Positions 27,766 through 37,046 of a DNA stretch of 64,000 nt are shown here, piece after piece. The position numbers and the translations under genes are program-made. The notes beneath the pieces were generated by a model. The model saw only the letters and a list, made by a program, of their open reading frames with translations. It made no database searches and was not told where the DNA came from. This stretch comes from Acidobacteriota bacterium (GTDB lineage Bacteria; Acidobacteriota; Vicinamibacteria; Vicinamibacterales; 2-12-FULL-66-21), in assembly GCA_046735335.1 (NCBI GenBank), contig JBKPTE010000018.1:4000-67999 (forward strand), read 5' to 3'. Numbering within the stretch: the first letter of the stretch is position 1; each line of letters starts with the position of its first letter.

Positions 27766-28718
27766 ATCTCCTTGCCGAGGCCGCGCGGCGACCAGCCCTC
27801 GACGATCGTCTTTGCCATGCGTGCGATGAGCAGCTCGGCTTCGTTCTCGGGCGTCCAGCTCTGGTCCTCGTTGTCGTAGCTGAACACCGAGATGACGATG
27901 GGGCCGTCCTTCGTGTAGACGATCCCCACGTCGTTGCGGACGCGATCGAGGCTGCCCGTCTTGTTCGCGATGTGGCTCGCGACCTCGGTCGTGTCCGCGT
28001 CCTCGAGGTAGTGCGGAATGCCGTTGCGCCAGAACTGGTGCTCCATGATGTCGACCATGCGCGCGCACAACGCCGTGTCGCCGAGATCGCAGCGCTCGAT
28101 CGCTTCGAGGATGCCGGCCATCTCGCGCGCGGTCGTGCGGCCGATCCCGAACGGCTTCAGTTCGGGGCGCTGATCGCCCTGCTCCGAGTGGCCGATCGGG
28201 CGGATGCTCGTAGTCAGCGGAAAGCCCAGCGAACGCAGACGGGCGTTGACGCGCTCGCGGCCGACGTGCGCCAGCACCAGGTTCGTGGCCGTGTTGTCGC
28301 TCTGCGTGATCATCAGGACGATCGCCGTCTCGAAATTGACGGTCGCGGGCGTGTGATACAGCAGCAGCACACCGGAGCCCGAAACCTGGTCCTCCTTCCG
28401 TAGTGTCAGGTCGTCGTTGAACGACACTCGTCCTTCCTTCACCTGATACATCGCCTCGAGCATGATGGCCACCTTGATGACCGAGGCCGTGTTCACCGGC
28501 CGATCCGGGTCGATCGCGACGGTCTGCCCGGTGCGGAGCGCCCTGGCGTAGAGCGACACCTTCCCGTGATGGTGCGCCGCCAGATGGTCCATCAGGTGCT
28601 GCATCGTCTCGTCGCGGCGCTCGTCGGACCGCGTGCCGGCCTGCTGCGCCCGCGCGATGCCCGGTGCGACGAGCCCGATCGTGAGGATTGCAGCGGAGAG
28701 CGCTCGAACGATGGCCAT
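27756..28718 (-). CDS. class A beta-lactamase-like serine hydrolase, secreted
   Basis: signal peptide, SVIK, SDN, KTG motifs. Confidence 0.88.
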   Translation of the reverse strand: MAIVRALSAAILTIGLVAPGIARAQQAGTRSDERRDETMQHLMDHLAAHHHGKVSLYARALRTGQTVAIDPDRPVNTASVIKVAIMLEAMYQVKEGRVSFNDDLTLRKEDQVSGSGVLLLYHTPATVNFETAIVLMITQSDNTATNLVLAHVGRERVNARLRSLGFPLTTSIRPIGHSEQGDQRPELKPFGIGRTTAREMAGILEAIERCDLGDTALCARMVDIMEHQFWRNGIPHYLEDADTTEVASHIANKTGSLDRVRNDVGIVYTKDGPIVISVFSYDNEDQSWTPENEAELLIARMAKTIVEGWSPRGLGKEILR

Positions 28719-28729
28719 CGCGTACTCCG

Positions 28730-30127
28730 TCAGTGCGCCGCGGCGACCGCTTCGCCGGCCACCGCCTTGACGATGTCGCCCAGCACCTGTTTGGCGTCGC
28801 CGAACGCCATGAGCGTGCGATCCAGGTAATACAGCTCGTTTTCGATCCCCGCGAATCCGGGATTCATCGAGCGCTTGATGGCGATGACGCTTCTCGCCTT
28901 GTCCGCGTCGATGATCGGCATGCCGAAGATCGGGCTCGACTTGTCGTGCCGCGCGGCGGGGTTCACGACGTCGTTGGCACCGACGACGAGCGCGACGTCG
29001 GTCTGCGCCATCTCGGGGTTGATGTCGTCCATCTCCGCCAGCGCTTCGTAGGGAATCTCAGCCTCGGCGAGCAGCACGTTCATGTGGCCGGGCATCCGGC
29101 CGGCAACGGGATGGATCGCGAAGCGCACGTCGATGCCGCGCTTCGTCAGCAGATCGTACAGCTCGTGCACCCGGTGCTGCGCCTGGGCGACGGCCATGCC
29201 GTAGCCCGGAATGATCACGACGCGGTCGGCGCTCAGCAGCAGATCCGCGACGTCCTGCGGCGTGGCGCTCTTGACGGTCTTCGCCTCCGCTGCCTGCTGC
29301 CCCGCCTGCACCTGGCCGAAGGCGCCGAACAGGACGTTCGTGAACGACCGGTTCATCGCGCGGCACATGATCACGGAGAGGATGAAGCCCGACGATCCGT
29401 CGAGCGCGCCGGCCGTAATCAGGAGCTTGTTCTGGAGCACGAAGCCCATCGCGACCGCCGAGAGCCCGGCATACGAATTCAGCAGCGAGATGACCGTCGG
29501 CATGTCCGCGCCGCCGATCGGGATTATGAGGAGCACCCCGAACACGAGTGAGAGCACGATGAGCACGGCGAACGCCTGCCAGTACTCCGTATGGATCGTC
29601 AGATAGACACCCGATGCTGCGGCAATCGCGAGCAGCAGCAGGTTGACGAAGTTCTGGTTGCGATACGTGATGGGCCGCGTCGGAATCACTTCCTGGAGCT
29701 TCCCCGCCGCCATGAGGGACCCGGTGAAGGTGAGGAACCCAAGGATGCACTCGAGCGCGATCGCGCCCGTCCTGAACGAAGTGAGGCCGCCCTGGTGCAT
29801 CCACAGGGAGTACTTCGCGACGCCGACCAGCCCCGCCGCGAGGCCGCCGAACGCGTGCGAGAGCGCGGTCCGCTGCGGCACGGCCGTCAGCGGCACCAGC
29901 GCGAGCGGAATGCCCGCAATCGTGCCGACGACGAAAGCGATGGCGATCCAGGAATAGCCGACGATTTCGGGCGCCATCAGCGTGCCGCCAATCGCGGCGG
30001 TCATGCCGATCACACCCGCGAGGACGCCGCGCCGCGCCGTTCGCGGGTGGTTCAGCCATCGCAGCGACAGGATGAACAGCGCTGCGGCGATGAGATACCA
30101 CAGCTCGATGAGATGGTAGGAGATCAC
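28730..30127 (-). CDS. pntB: NAD(P) transhydrogenase subunit beta
   Basis: IGGADMP, PGYGMAVAQ, HPVAGRMPGHMN, GANDVVNP. Confidence 0.96.
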   Translation of the reverse strand: MISYHLIELWYLIAAALFILSLRWLNHPRTARRGVLAGVIGMTAAIGGTLMAPEIVGYSWIAIAFVVGTIAGIPLALVPLTAVPQRTALSHAFGGLAAGLVGVAKYSLWMHQGGLTSFRTGAIALECILGFLTFTGSLMAAGKLQEVIPTRPITYRNQNFVNLLLLAIAAASGVYLTIHTEYWQAFAVLIVLSLVFGVLLIIPIGGADMPTVISLLNSYAGLSAVAMGFVLQNKLLITAGALDGSSGFILSVIMCRAMNRSFTNVLFGAFGQVQAGQQAAEAKTVKSATPQDVADLLLSADRVVIIPGYGMAVAQAQHRVHELYDLLTKRGIDVRFAIHPVAGRMPGHMNVLLAEAEIPYEALAEMDDINPEMAQTDVALVVGANDVVNPAARHDKSSPIFGMPIIDADKARSVIAIKRSMNPGFAGIENELYYLDRTLMAFGDAKQVLGDIVKAVAGEAVAAAH

Positions 30128-30420
30128 TTGCTGCGCTCCTTCTCACGGAACATCTTCAGCATCCGGTCCGTGAGGAGAAAGCCGCTGACGATGTTGGTCA
30201 TGGAAGCGGCGACGGCGACGGTGCCGAGCACCGTCGTGAACGTGGATTCCTGCTCGCCGGCGATGAGAATCGACCCGACCACCGCAATCGCCGAGATCGC
30301 GTTGGTCAGCGACATCAGCGGCGTGTGCAGCAGGCGGCTGACGTTCTGGATGACCTGAAATCCCACGAACGTCGCCAGCATGAACACGAACAGCATTGAC
30401 CAGAGATCGAGAGCGGGCAC
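30124..30420 (-). CDS. pntAB: NAD(P) transhydrogenase alpha subunit, membrane part (alpha2)
   Basis: LHTPLMSLTNAIS, NIVSGFLLTDRMLKMF. Confidence 0.93.
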   Translation of the reverse strand: MPALDLWSMLFVFMLATFVGFQVIQNVSRLLHTPLMSLTNAISAIAVVGSILIAGEQESTFTTVLGTVAVAASMTNIVSGFLLTDRMLKMFREKERSK

Positions 30421-30535
30421 GTGAGCTCCTGTGAGGCGGCGCCGCGATGACGGTGCGGACGCCGTAGCGGAGTCTACCGGAGCGGAGAGAGACGCTCAAG
30501 ATCGGGGCGGTCGAGGCCGTTGGCCGGGCGGTTGA

Positions 30536-30728
30536 GACCGTTGGTTCGAGGCTTCGCGGAGGAAAGCGTAGGAGCACGCCGTCGGGGATCACGAAAAACG
30601 CTGCGCAGGCCAGTGACAGGGCGGGGGGATGGGGGTCCCCACGCCACGTTCCAGTGACGCCAAGCCGGAGCAGCGTTTTTCCGGCGTGCGAGGCCGCTTT
30701 CCGGAGTGAATGCCTCGAAGCAACGGTC
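30536..30728. repeat. ~190-bp nested inverted-repeat element (MITE-like or structured RNA)
   Basis: four nested arm pairs: GACCGTTG(G)TTCGAGGC/GCCTCGAA(G)CAACGGTC, GGAAAGCG/CGCTTTCC, GCACGCCG/CGGCGTGC, GAAAAACGCTGC/GCAGCGTTTTTC. Confidence 0.7.
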
Positions 30729-30779
30729 GAAATGCCAGCTGACCGCGCGGTGAACGGCTGGCGTAAGATCAGCGCCCAA

Positions 30780-33224
30780 ATGCGTCTCGCCGCTTCGGTC
30801 CTGCAGGATATCCGGTATGCCTGGCGAATGCTGCGGCGCCAGCCCGGGTATGCGTTCGTCGTGATCGCCACGATGGCGCTAGGCATCGCGGCGACGACCG
30901 TGCTCGTCAGCATCGCGTATGGCGTGCTGCTCAAGCCGCTGCCGTGGGCCGACGCGCCGCGCCTGGTGCGGCTCTACGAGACGCGTCAGGGCAGCACGGG
31001 GCGGCTTCGTCCGATGATGACGAACGCGACGTATCTCGCGTGGCGCGACTCGCCCGCTACGCTCGATGCGATCGGCGCGTGGACAACGAGCCCGCTCACG
31101 GTCGAAGGGCCAGCCCCCGAGCGCGTCCGCGTGGCATTCGTGACGCCGAGCCTGATGCCGATGCTTGGAGCGAAGGCCGCAGTGGGCCGCACGTTCCAGG
31201 AGGGCGAGGAGGATCCTGGGCGCGCGCAGCCGCTGATCCTCTCGCACGGATTCTGGCAGACGCGGTTCGCCGGACGCGCGGAGGTCATCGGCCGCACCGT
31301 GCGCCTCGACGATACGGCTTACACGGTCGTCGGCGTCATGCCAGCGGCGTTCGCGTTTCCCGACCGCGAGACGCGCGCGTGGGCTCCGCTCTATGTGCCG
31401 CCGGTCACCTCGCCCAACACGCACGGAAGGCTGCTGAAGATCTTCCAGGCGATCGGACGCCTGCGCGCGGGCGTGTCGGCAGAACAGGCCGCCGCGGAGG
31501 GAATGGCCCGCGGGCGCAGCGCACCGAGCCCGGGCATGGTCGCGGTGGCCGTGTTCGGCAGCAGCGGCCCCGTCGACGTCAGGGCCGTTCCGCTGCTCCA
31601 GGCGCTCACCGAAGAGGTCAGGCCCGCCATCCTTGTTCTTCTTGCGGCCGTTGCACTCCTGCTCGCCACGGCGACGGCGAACGTCGCCAGCGTGCAGCTC
31701 GCGCGCGCGACGGTGCGGCGGCGCGAGCTGGCGATCCGCACGGCGCTCGGCGCGGCGCGCCGTGTCCTGGTGAGACACACGCTCGTCGAGAATCTGCTGC
31801 TGGGCATCATCGGGGGCGCCGCCGGACTCCTCGCGGCCGCGATAATCCACCGGTCGCTGCCGTCGATCCTGCCCGCCGATTTTCCGCGTCTGGACGACCT
31901 CGCGTTCGATTGGCGCATCCAGATCTTTGCGATCGCGATCTCCGTCGCGGCCGGACTCGCATGCGGCTGTCTGCCGGCCTGGCACGTCGCACGAAACGGG
32001 GTCGTTCCGGCGCTGGCCGAAGACGGGCTCGCGCGCGTCGGGGTCGGCCTGCGATCGCGGACGTCGTTGGTGCGCGCCATCATCATGGCCTCTCAGGTCG
32101 CCATCGCGTGCGTGCTGTTGATTGGAGCGCTGCTGCTCGGCCGAAGCCTGGCGGGCCTCTCGCGCGCGGAGCTTGGCTACGACGCGTCGAATCTGCTCAC
32201 CGCGCGGCTGCGGCTTCCGGATCCTGAGTACGCAGGCGAACGTCGCGTGCTCACGCTCGATCGAATCGTCACGCGGTGGCGCAGCGTGCCGGGCGTCACC
32301 CAGGCCTCCTATGCGACGGTCATCCCGTTCGGCGACGCCGAGATGGTGTCGTCGTTCCCGGTCAAAAAGCGCGACGGCACCAGCGTGCAGGTGCAGACCG
32401 GGCTGCGCAGCATCGACGCGGCATACTTCTCGGCGCTGGCCCAGAAGCTCCTGGAAGGGCGCGCGTTCACCGCCAACGACACGCGGGCGGGCGCACCGGT
32501 CGCGATCGTGAACCGCGAGTTCGCGCGCCGCTTCCTGGACGGCAAAGCGCTCGGATGGTGGCTTCCAGGCCAGGAGTCGCCGCTGACGATCGTCGGGGTC
32601 GTCGAGGACACCGTCAGGCATCACGTCACCGATGCCTCTCAGCCCGAGGTGTATCGGCCCGCTGCGCAGCTGCCGCCGGCTGATTCCGATCTGAACCTGA
32701 TCGTCCGCACGACGGGCGATCCGCGCGCGATCGTCCCCGCACTCCGCGCCATCGTCGCCGACACGGCCGCCAGCGCGCCCATCGACTCGATCTCGACGAT
32801 GCAGGATCTCGTGGGCAGCAGCCTGGCACGGCCGCGCCTCTACGCCGTCCTGCTCGGAAGCTTCGCGGGATTTGCGCTGGCGATTGCGGGCGTGGGCCTG
32901 TTCGGCGTCCTGTCCTACAGCGTCTCGCAGCGCTCGCGGGAGATCGGCGTCCGCGCCGCGCTTGGCGCCCAGGTCAGCGACATTCTGCTGCTGGTGCTGC
33001 GGCAATCTCTCGGCATTGCGATCGCGGGCCTCGCTGCAGGCGTCCTGCTGTCGCTCTGGCTGTCGGCGACGCTCCAGAAGTTCCTCTATGGCGTCACGCC
33101 GTACGATGCGGTGAGCTTCGTCGTCGTCGGCGTCGTGCTGCTGGTGATGGCGCTCGCCGCCAGCGCCGTTCCGGCGCGCCGCGCGGCGCGCATCGACCCG
33201 GTCAGAGTGCTCAGAGGGCAATAG
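30780..33224 (+). CDS. ADOP-type duplicated ABC permease (MacB/FtsX domains)
   Basis: QDIRYAWRML, ANVAS..RRRELAIRTALGA, REIGVRAALGA, PARRAARIDP; no adjacent ATPase. Confidence 0.9.
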   Translation: MRLAASVLQDIRYAWRMLRRQPGYAFVVIATMALGIAATTVLVSIAYGVLLKPLPWADAPRLVRLYETRQGSTGRLRPMMTNATYLAWRDSPATLDAIGAWTTSPLTVEGPAPERVRVAFVTPSLMPMLGAKAAVGRTFQEGEEDPGRAQPLILSHGFWQTRFAGRAEVIGRTVRLDDTAYTVVGVMPAAFAFPDRETRAWAPLYVPPVTSPNTHGRLLKIFQAIGRLRAGVSAEQAAAEGMARGRSAPSPGMVAVAVFGSSGPVDVRAVPLLQALTEEVRPAILVLLAAVALLLATATANVASVQLARATVRRRELAIRTALGAARRVLVRHTLVENLLLGIIGGAAGLLAAAIIHRSLPSILPADFPRLDDLAFDWRIQIFAIAISVAAGLACGCLPAWHVARNGVVPALAEDGLARVGVGLRSRTSLVRAIIMASQVAIACVLLIGALLLGRSLAGLSRAELGYDASNLLTARLRLPDPEYAGERRVLTLDRIVTRWRSVPGVTQASYATVIPFGDAEMVSSFPVKKRDGTSVQVQTGLRSIDAAYFSALAQKLLEGRAFTANDTRAGAPVAIVNREFARRFLDGKALGWWLPGQESPLTIVGVVEDTVRHHVTDASQPEVYRPAAQLPPADSDLNLIVRTTGDPRAIVPALRAIVADTAASAPIDSISTMQDLVGSSLARPRLYAVLLGSFAGFALAIAGVGLFGVLSYSVSQRSREIGVRAALGAQVSDILLLVLRQSLGIAIAGLAAGVLLSLWLSATLQKFLYGVTPYDAVSFVVVGVVLLVMALAASAVPARRAARIDPVRVLRGQ

Positions 33225-33322
33225 AGGGCGGCCACGGTTTCACGCAGCGGTCGCCATGAGCAAGAGGACGCGGGGCGGCATCGCCGCAGCACGGACGTCG
33301 CCGCCGCGCGACGCGCGGCGAG

Positions 33323-33399
33323 AGATCAGCCAACCGGACCGGATACAAACACGGGGGATGAGTGTTTCCGTGTTTGTATCGGATCCGGTTGGCTGATCT
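33323..33399. repeat. long intergenic inverted repeat (32-bp arms, 13-nt spacer)
   Basis: AGATCAGCCAACCGGAccgGATACAAACACGG ... CCGTGTTTGTATCggaTCCGGTTGGCTGATCT. Confidence 0.85.
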
Positions 33400-33547
33400 G
33401 CCGGCAGCCGGCCACAGGCCGGCGCCGGCGAACGTCCGACAGGTCTGCGACCTCTGCTCCCTGCGACCTCCGCGTGAGGTCCGTCGGCTCCTGTGAAAAA
33501 AGCGTGTCGCAAGCGCCGAGGCTGCCCAGCCGGTACACTGGATTTGG

Positions 33548-34276
33548 ATGACTGCGCAGGACCCCGCTTCGGACGCCGCTCATCGCGTCCTCGTCGTGGA
33601 AGACGACGAGCACATCAGAGATCTGGTGATGCTGCACCTGCGTCTCGAAGGGCACGACGCGGTGCCCGCGGCGGACGGGACGGAGGGGCTTCGGCTCGCG
33701 CGCGCCGAGCCGTTCGGCTTGATCATCCTCGACATCATGCTGCCGGGGCTGGACGGCGTGACCGTGTGCCGCGCGATCCGCCGCGATCAGAAGAACGGCG
33801 ACGTGCCGATCCTGATGCTGACGGCGCGGCGTGAGGAGGCGGACAAGGTCCTCGGCCTCGACAGCGGCGCGGACGATTACCTGACGAAGCCGTTCGGCAT
33901 CCGCGAGCTGGTGGCGCGGGTTCGCGCGCTGTTGCGGCGTCGCCGGACGCGGCTCGAGCAGCTCGCTCACGCGGCACCGGTGAGCGCCGGCGGCCTGACG
34001 GTCGATCCGTCGCGCCGCATGGCAAGGGTCGCCGAGCGCGAGATCGAGCTGACCGCGCACGAGTTCGATCTGCTGTACGTGCTCGCGGCTAACCGCGGCA
34101 TCGTGTTCAGCCGCGACGCGCTCGTGCTTCGCGTCTGGGGCGGCGACACGCACATCACCGCCCGAAGCGTGGACACGTTGATCAAGCGGCTCCGCAAGAA
34201 GATCGAGGACGACACGGGAGAGCCGCGGTTGATCCTGACCGTCTGGGGTACCGGCTACAAGTTCGCCGATGTTTGA
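33548..34276 (+). CDS. OmpR-family response regulator
   Basis: VEDD, LDIMLP, GADDYLTKPF, TVWGTGYK. Confidence 0.95.
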   Translation: MTAQDPASDAAHRVLVVEDDEHIRDLVMLHLRLEGHDAVPAADGTEGLRLARAEPFGLIILDIMLPGLDGVTVCRAIRRDQKNGDVPILMLTARREEADKVLGLDSGADDYLTKPFGIRELVARVRALLRRRRTRLEQLAHAAPVSAGGLTVDPSRRMARVAEREIELTAHEFDLLYVLAANRGIVFSRDALVLRVWGGDTHITARSVDTLIKRLRKKIEDDTGEPRLILTVWGTGYKFADV

Positions 34277-35723
34277 GCGCCTCTGGTTCCGCAGCCTCTA
34301 TTCGCGAATCGCGTTCGGCTTCATCGCCCTGCTCGCGGCGCTGATGCTGGCGCAGATGCTGCTCTTTCTCTGGCTGACGAACCGCTTCTCCCCGAATGTC
34401 AATCGCCCGCCCGCGCAGCTCGCCGGCCTCGTCGCCGCCGACATGTCGGCACAGCTCGCGTCGCATCCCGACCTCGAGATCGAGCCGTACCTGCGCGAAC
34501 GCTACGGGCGTGCATACCAGCCCTTCGGCGTCGTCCTCCGCGACGGACGGCGAGGATCGAATCGGCCGACGGCGCTGCCGCACGATCTCCTCGCCGAAGC
34601 GCACATCTACATGCGGCGCGAGTTTCGCGAATCTCACGGGGGGCCCGGGCGGGACCGGCCGCGTCCGGCGTGGGTGCGGACGGAATACGCACGCATCACC
34701 GTCGAAGGCGAAGACGTCGGCGTCGTCGCGGTGCCCGCCAATCCGCCGCCGGTATTCATCGGGCTGTGGGAGCTGGCGCCCACGCTGACATGGGCGGGAC
34801 TCGCGCTTCTCGGGGTGGGTGCGGTGTGCGCGGCGCTGCTGATTTTCGGGCCGACGCACAAGCGTCTCCGCACGCTGGAGCAGGCAGCCAAAGCACTGGG
34901 GGAAGGCCGCACGGACGTCCGCGCCAGCGAATCGGGCGGCGACGAGGTCACCTCGCTCGCGCGCACGTTCAACAGGATGGCGGCGGATCTCGAGAGCCGC
35001 GCCGAGGCGCTCGGCGAGGCCGACCGCGCACGACGTCAACTCCTGGCCGATGTGTCGCACGAGCTGATGACGCCGCTGTCGGCAATCCGCGGCTACGTCG
35101 AGACGCTCGCCATGCCGGAGCTGACGCTGGACGTCGCCACACGCCGCCAATACCTCGACATCGTCGCGAAGGAGACGCACAAGCTGGAAGCGATCATCGG
35201 CGATCTGCTCGATCTCGCACGCCTCGAAGGGGGCGGCGATACGCTCAAGCGGGAAGCGGTTCCCGTGGCGGACCTCTTCGCGCGCGTCGCCGAGCGGCAC
35301 GCCCGCGTCGTCAACGAACGGGAGATCGAGCTGTCGATGGATTCAGGGAACGGGTCTTTGGCGATCGACGGCGACGCCGCGCGCCTGGAGCAGGCGCTGC
35401 AGAACGTCGCGGCGAATGCGATTCGACATACGCCGCGCGGCGGCCGGCTCTCGCTTGGCGCGGAGCGCGAGGGCGATCGCATCCGCATCATCGTCACCGA
35501 CAGCGGCCCGGGGATTCCGCCCGAGCACCTGCCGCACATCTTCGATCGGTTCTACAAGGCGGATGGCTCCCGCGCGGGCACGACGGTGCCATCCGGCAGC
35601 GGCCTCGGGCTCTCAATCGTCCACGCAATCGTCGAGCGCCATCAGGGCGAGGTGCGCGCGTCGAACCCTCCGGGGGGCGGCGCGCGCTTCGAATTGATCC
35701 TGCCGGCGGCGCCGCACGTGTAG
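34269..35723 (+). CDS. HAMP-domain sensor histidine kinase
   Basis: two TM segments, DEVTSLARTFNRM, VSHELMTPL, DSGPG, GSGLGL. Confidence 0.95.
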   Translation: MFERLWFRSLYSRIAFGFIALLAALMLAQMLLFLWLTNRFSPNVNRPPAQLAGLVAADMSAQLASHPDLEIEPYLRERYGRAYQPFGVVLRDGRRGSNRPTALPHDLLAEAHIYMRREFRESHGGPGRDRPRPAWVRTEYARITVEGEDVGVVAVPANPPPVFIGLWELAPTLTWAGLALLGVGAVCAALLIFGPTHKRLRTLEQAAKALGEGRTDVRASESGGDEVTSLARTFNRMAADLESRAEALGEADRARRQLLADVSHELMTPLSAIRGYVETLAMPELTLDVATRRQYLDIVAKETHKLEAIIGDLLDLARLEGGGDTLKREAVPVADLFARVAERHARVVNEREIELSMDSGNGSLAIDGDAARLEQALQNVAANAIRHTPRGGRLSLGAEREGDRIRIIVTDSGPGIPPEHLPHIFDRFYKADGSRAGTTVPSGSGLGLSIVHAIVERHQGEVRASNPPGGGARFELILPAAPHV

Positions 35724-35734
35724 GGCAGCCGATT

Positions 35735-36595
35735 CTAGAACGCCCGCCCCACGCCGCTGGCCGAGAGGCTCACGTTCAGCGTCTCGGTATCGCCGGCGCG
35801 AATCGTCACCGTCGACGAGTACGTGCGGAAGCCGTCCTTCCTCACGTCGACGCGATGCGGTCCCGCTGGGAGCTGCACGACCAGCCGGCTCCCTCCTTCC
35901 GGACTGTCCCAGCGCTCGCCGTCGATTTCGACCACCGCGTCGGACGGCTGGACCCGCAGCGCCAATGTGCCAAAGCCGCTGCTTTCGGCGCCGGGGTCAC
36001 GATCGCGATCCGGCAGCGGACGCGTGCGTCCCGGTCCCCGCGGCGGAGGATAAGACGACGGATTCTGGCCGGGCGCGATGGCGGACGCGGTCGGACGCGG
36101 CTCGCCCGCTTCGCCCGGCGGAAGCGGCTCGAGCGCCGCCTGGAACTTGTAGCTTTCGCCCGGCCGGAAGAGCGTCTTCTGGCGGTACGGCCGATAACCC
36201 TGGAGGTAGACCTCGAGCTCGTGCTCGCCTGGCGGCACGTCGAGCCGTTGGAAGATGCCGTCGAAGTCGTCGACTTGCCCGACGTAATAGCCATCGAGAT
36301 ACACCTCCGCCTCCTTCGGCATCACCTGAATGCGCGCCGACGCGTAGCGGCGTCCATACCAGTAGCCCCCAGGATACGGGGGATAGAGTTGATACGCGCC
36401 GTAGAAGGGATAGGCGGGGTACCAGCCCCAGAAGAAGGGATCGTAGAAATAGGGGCGATAGAATCCGTCGCTCACGACGACGACGGCGCTCGATCGCGGC
36501 CTGACGAAGCGGCGCTGTGCCGTCGCCTCCGCCGGCCACGCGGTCAGGAACGTGAGGCCGACGCACACCACGAATAGCAGACGCTTGGGGTTCAC
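35735..36595 (-). CDS. secreted PEGA-domain protein
   Basis: signal peptide, Tyr/Pro-rich segment, two PEGA repeats (AEVYLDG, AVVEIDG); GTG with GGAGG RBS. Confidence 0.82.
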   Translation of the reverse strand: MNPKRLLFVVCVGLTFLTAWPAEATAQRRFVRPRSSAVVVVSDGFYRPYFYDPFFWGWYPAYPFYGAYQLYPPYPGGYWYGRRYASARIQVMPKEAEVYLDGYYVGQVDDFDGIFQRLDVPPGEHELEVYLQGYRPYRQKTLFRPGESYKFQAALEPLPPGEAGEPRPTASAIAPGQNPSSYPPPRGPGRTRPLPDRDRDPGAESSGFGTLALRVQPSDAVVEIDGERWDSPEGGSRLVVQLPAGPHRVDVRKDGFRTYSSTVTIRAGDTETLNVSLSASGVGRAF

Positions 36596-36624
36596 GGGAC
36601 CTCCGAGGCAGGGCGGCTGAGACA

Positions 36625-36640
36625 AGCAACGCAAGTGCCG
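36625..36640 (-). promoter_or_regulatory. sigma54-like promoter of PEGA gene
   Basis: minus strand CGGCAC-TTGCG-TTGCT. Confidence 0.6.
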
Positions 36641-36645
36641 TGCGA

Positions 36646-36816
36646 GTGCTCTGACCCCAGTTGGGTGCTCTGACCCCCAAGTCGGTGCTCTGACCCCGGA
36701 AGTGCTCTGACCCCGAGGTCGGTGCTCTGACCCCGGAAGTGCTCTGACCCCGAGGTCGGTGCTCTGACCCCGGAAGGTCGGTGCTCTGACTCCCGTCCTC
36801 GGACCCCCGTCCTCGG
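36646..36816. repeat. array of 13-bp GTGCTCTGACCCC units with 4-9-nt spacers
   Basis: 7 exact + 1 near-exact + 2 decayed copies. Confidence 0.9.
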
Positions 36817-37046
36817 CGGCAGACACACGATGTGCTCCGCGGAGGACGAGGGTGGGCCGTCACGGCCAGATTTCTTCGCGGTCCGCCACCGGTTTGCCAC
36901 ACACACGGGCCGTCAAATCTATTAAGCTAGTCGCCATGGGCCGTCATTCCGCATCGAGTTGGTCACCGCGACTCCTCCCGATCGGCGGCTGCGCGATACG
37001 CGGGTGACGGCCCGCCTGACATCTCCCCCGCTCTGAGGGTTCCTGA

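Noticed and set aside
27756..28718. True class A beta-lactamase resistance gene
   Set aside because: SxxK, SDN and KTG are present but no recognisable omega-loop ExxLN motif; kept as serine hydrolase
33323..33399. Retron msd, DGR element or intrinsic terminator
   Set aside because: No reverse transcriptase in the window, no U-tract, and the stem is far longer than a terminator
36646..36816. CRISPR array
   Set aside because: Repeat is only 13 bp, spacers are 4-9 nt and re-used, and no cas genes are in the window
35735..36826. N-terminal repeat domain on the PEGA protein (ORF from 36826)
   Set aside because: The extension is a translation of the DNA repeat array; GTG at 36595 has an RBS and a signal peptide
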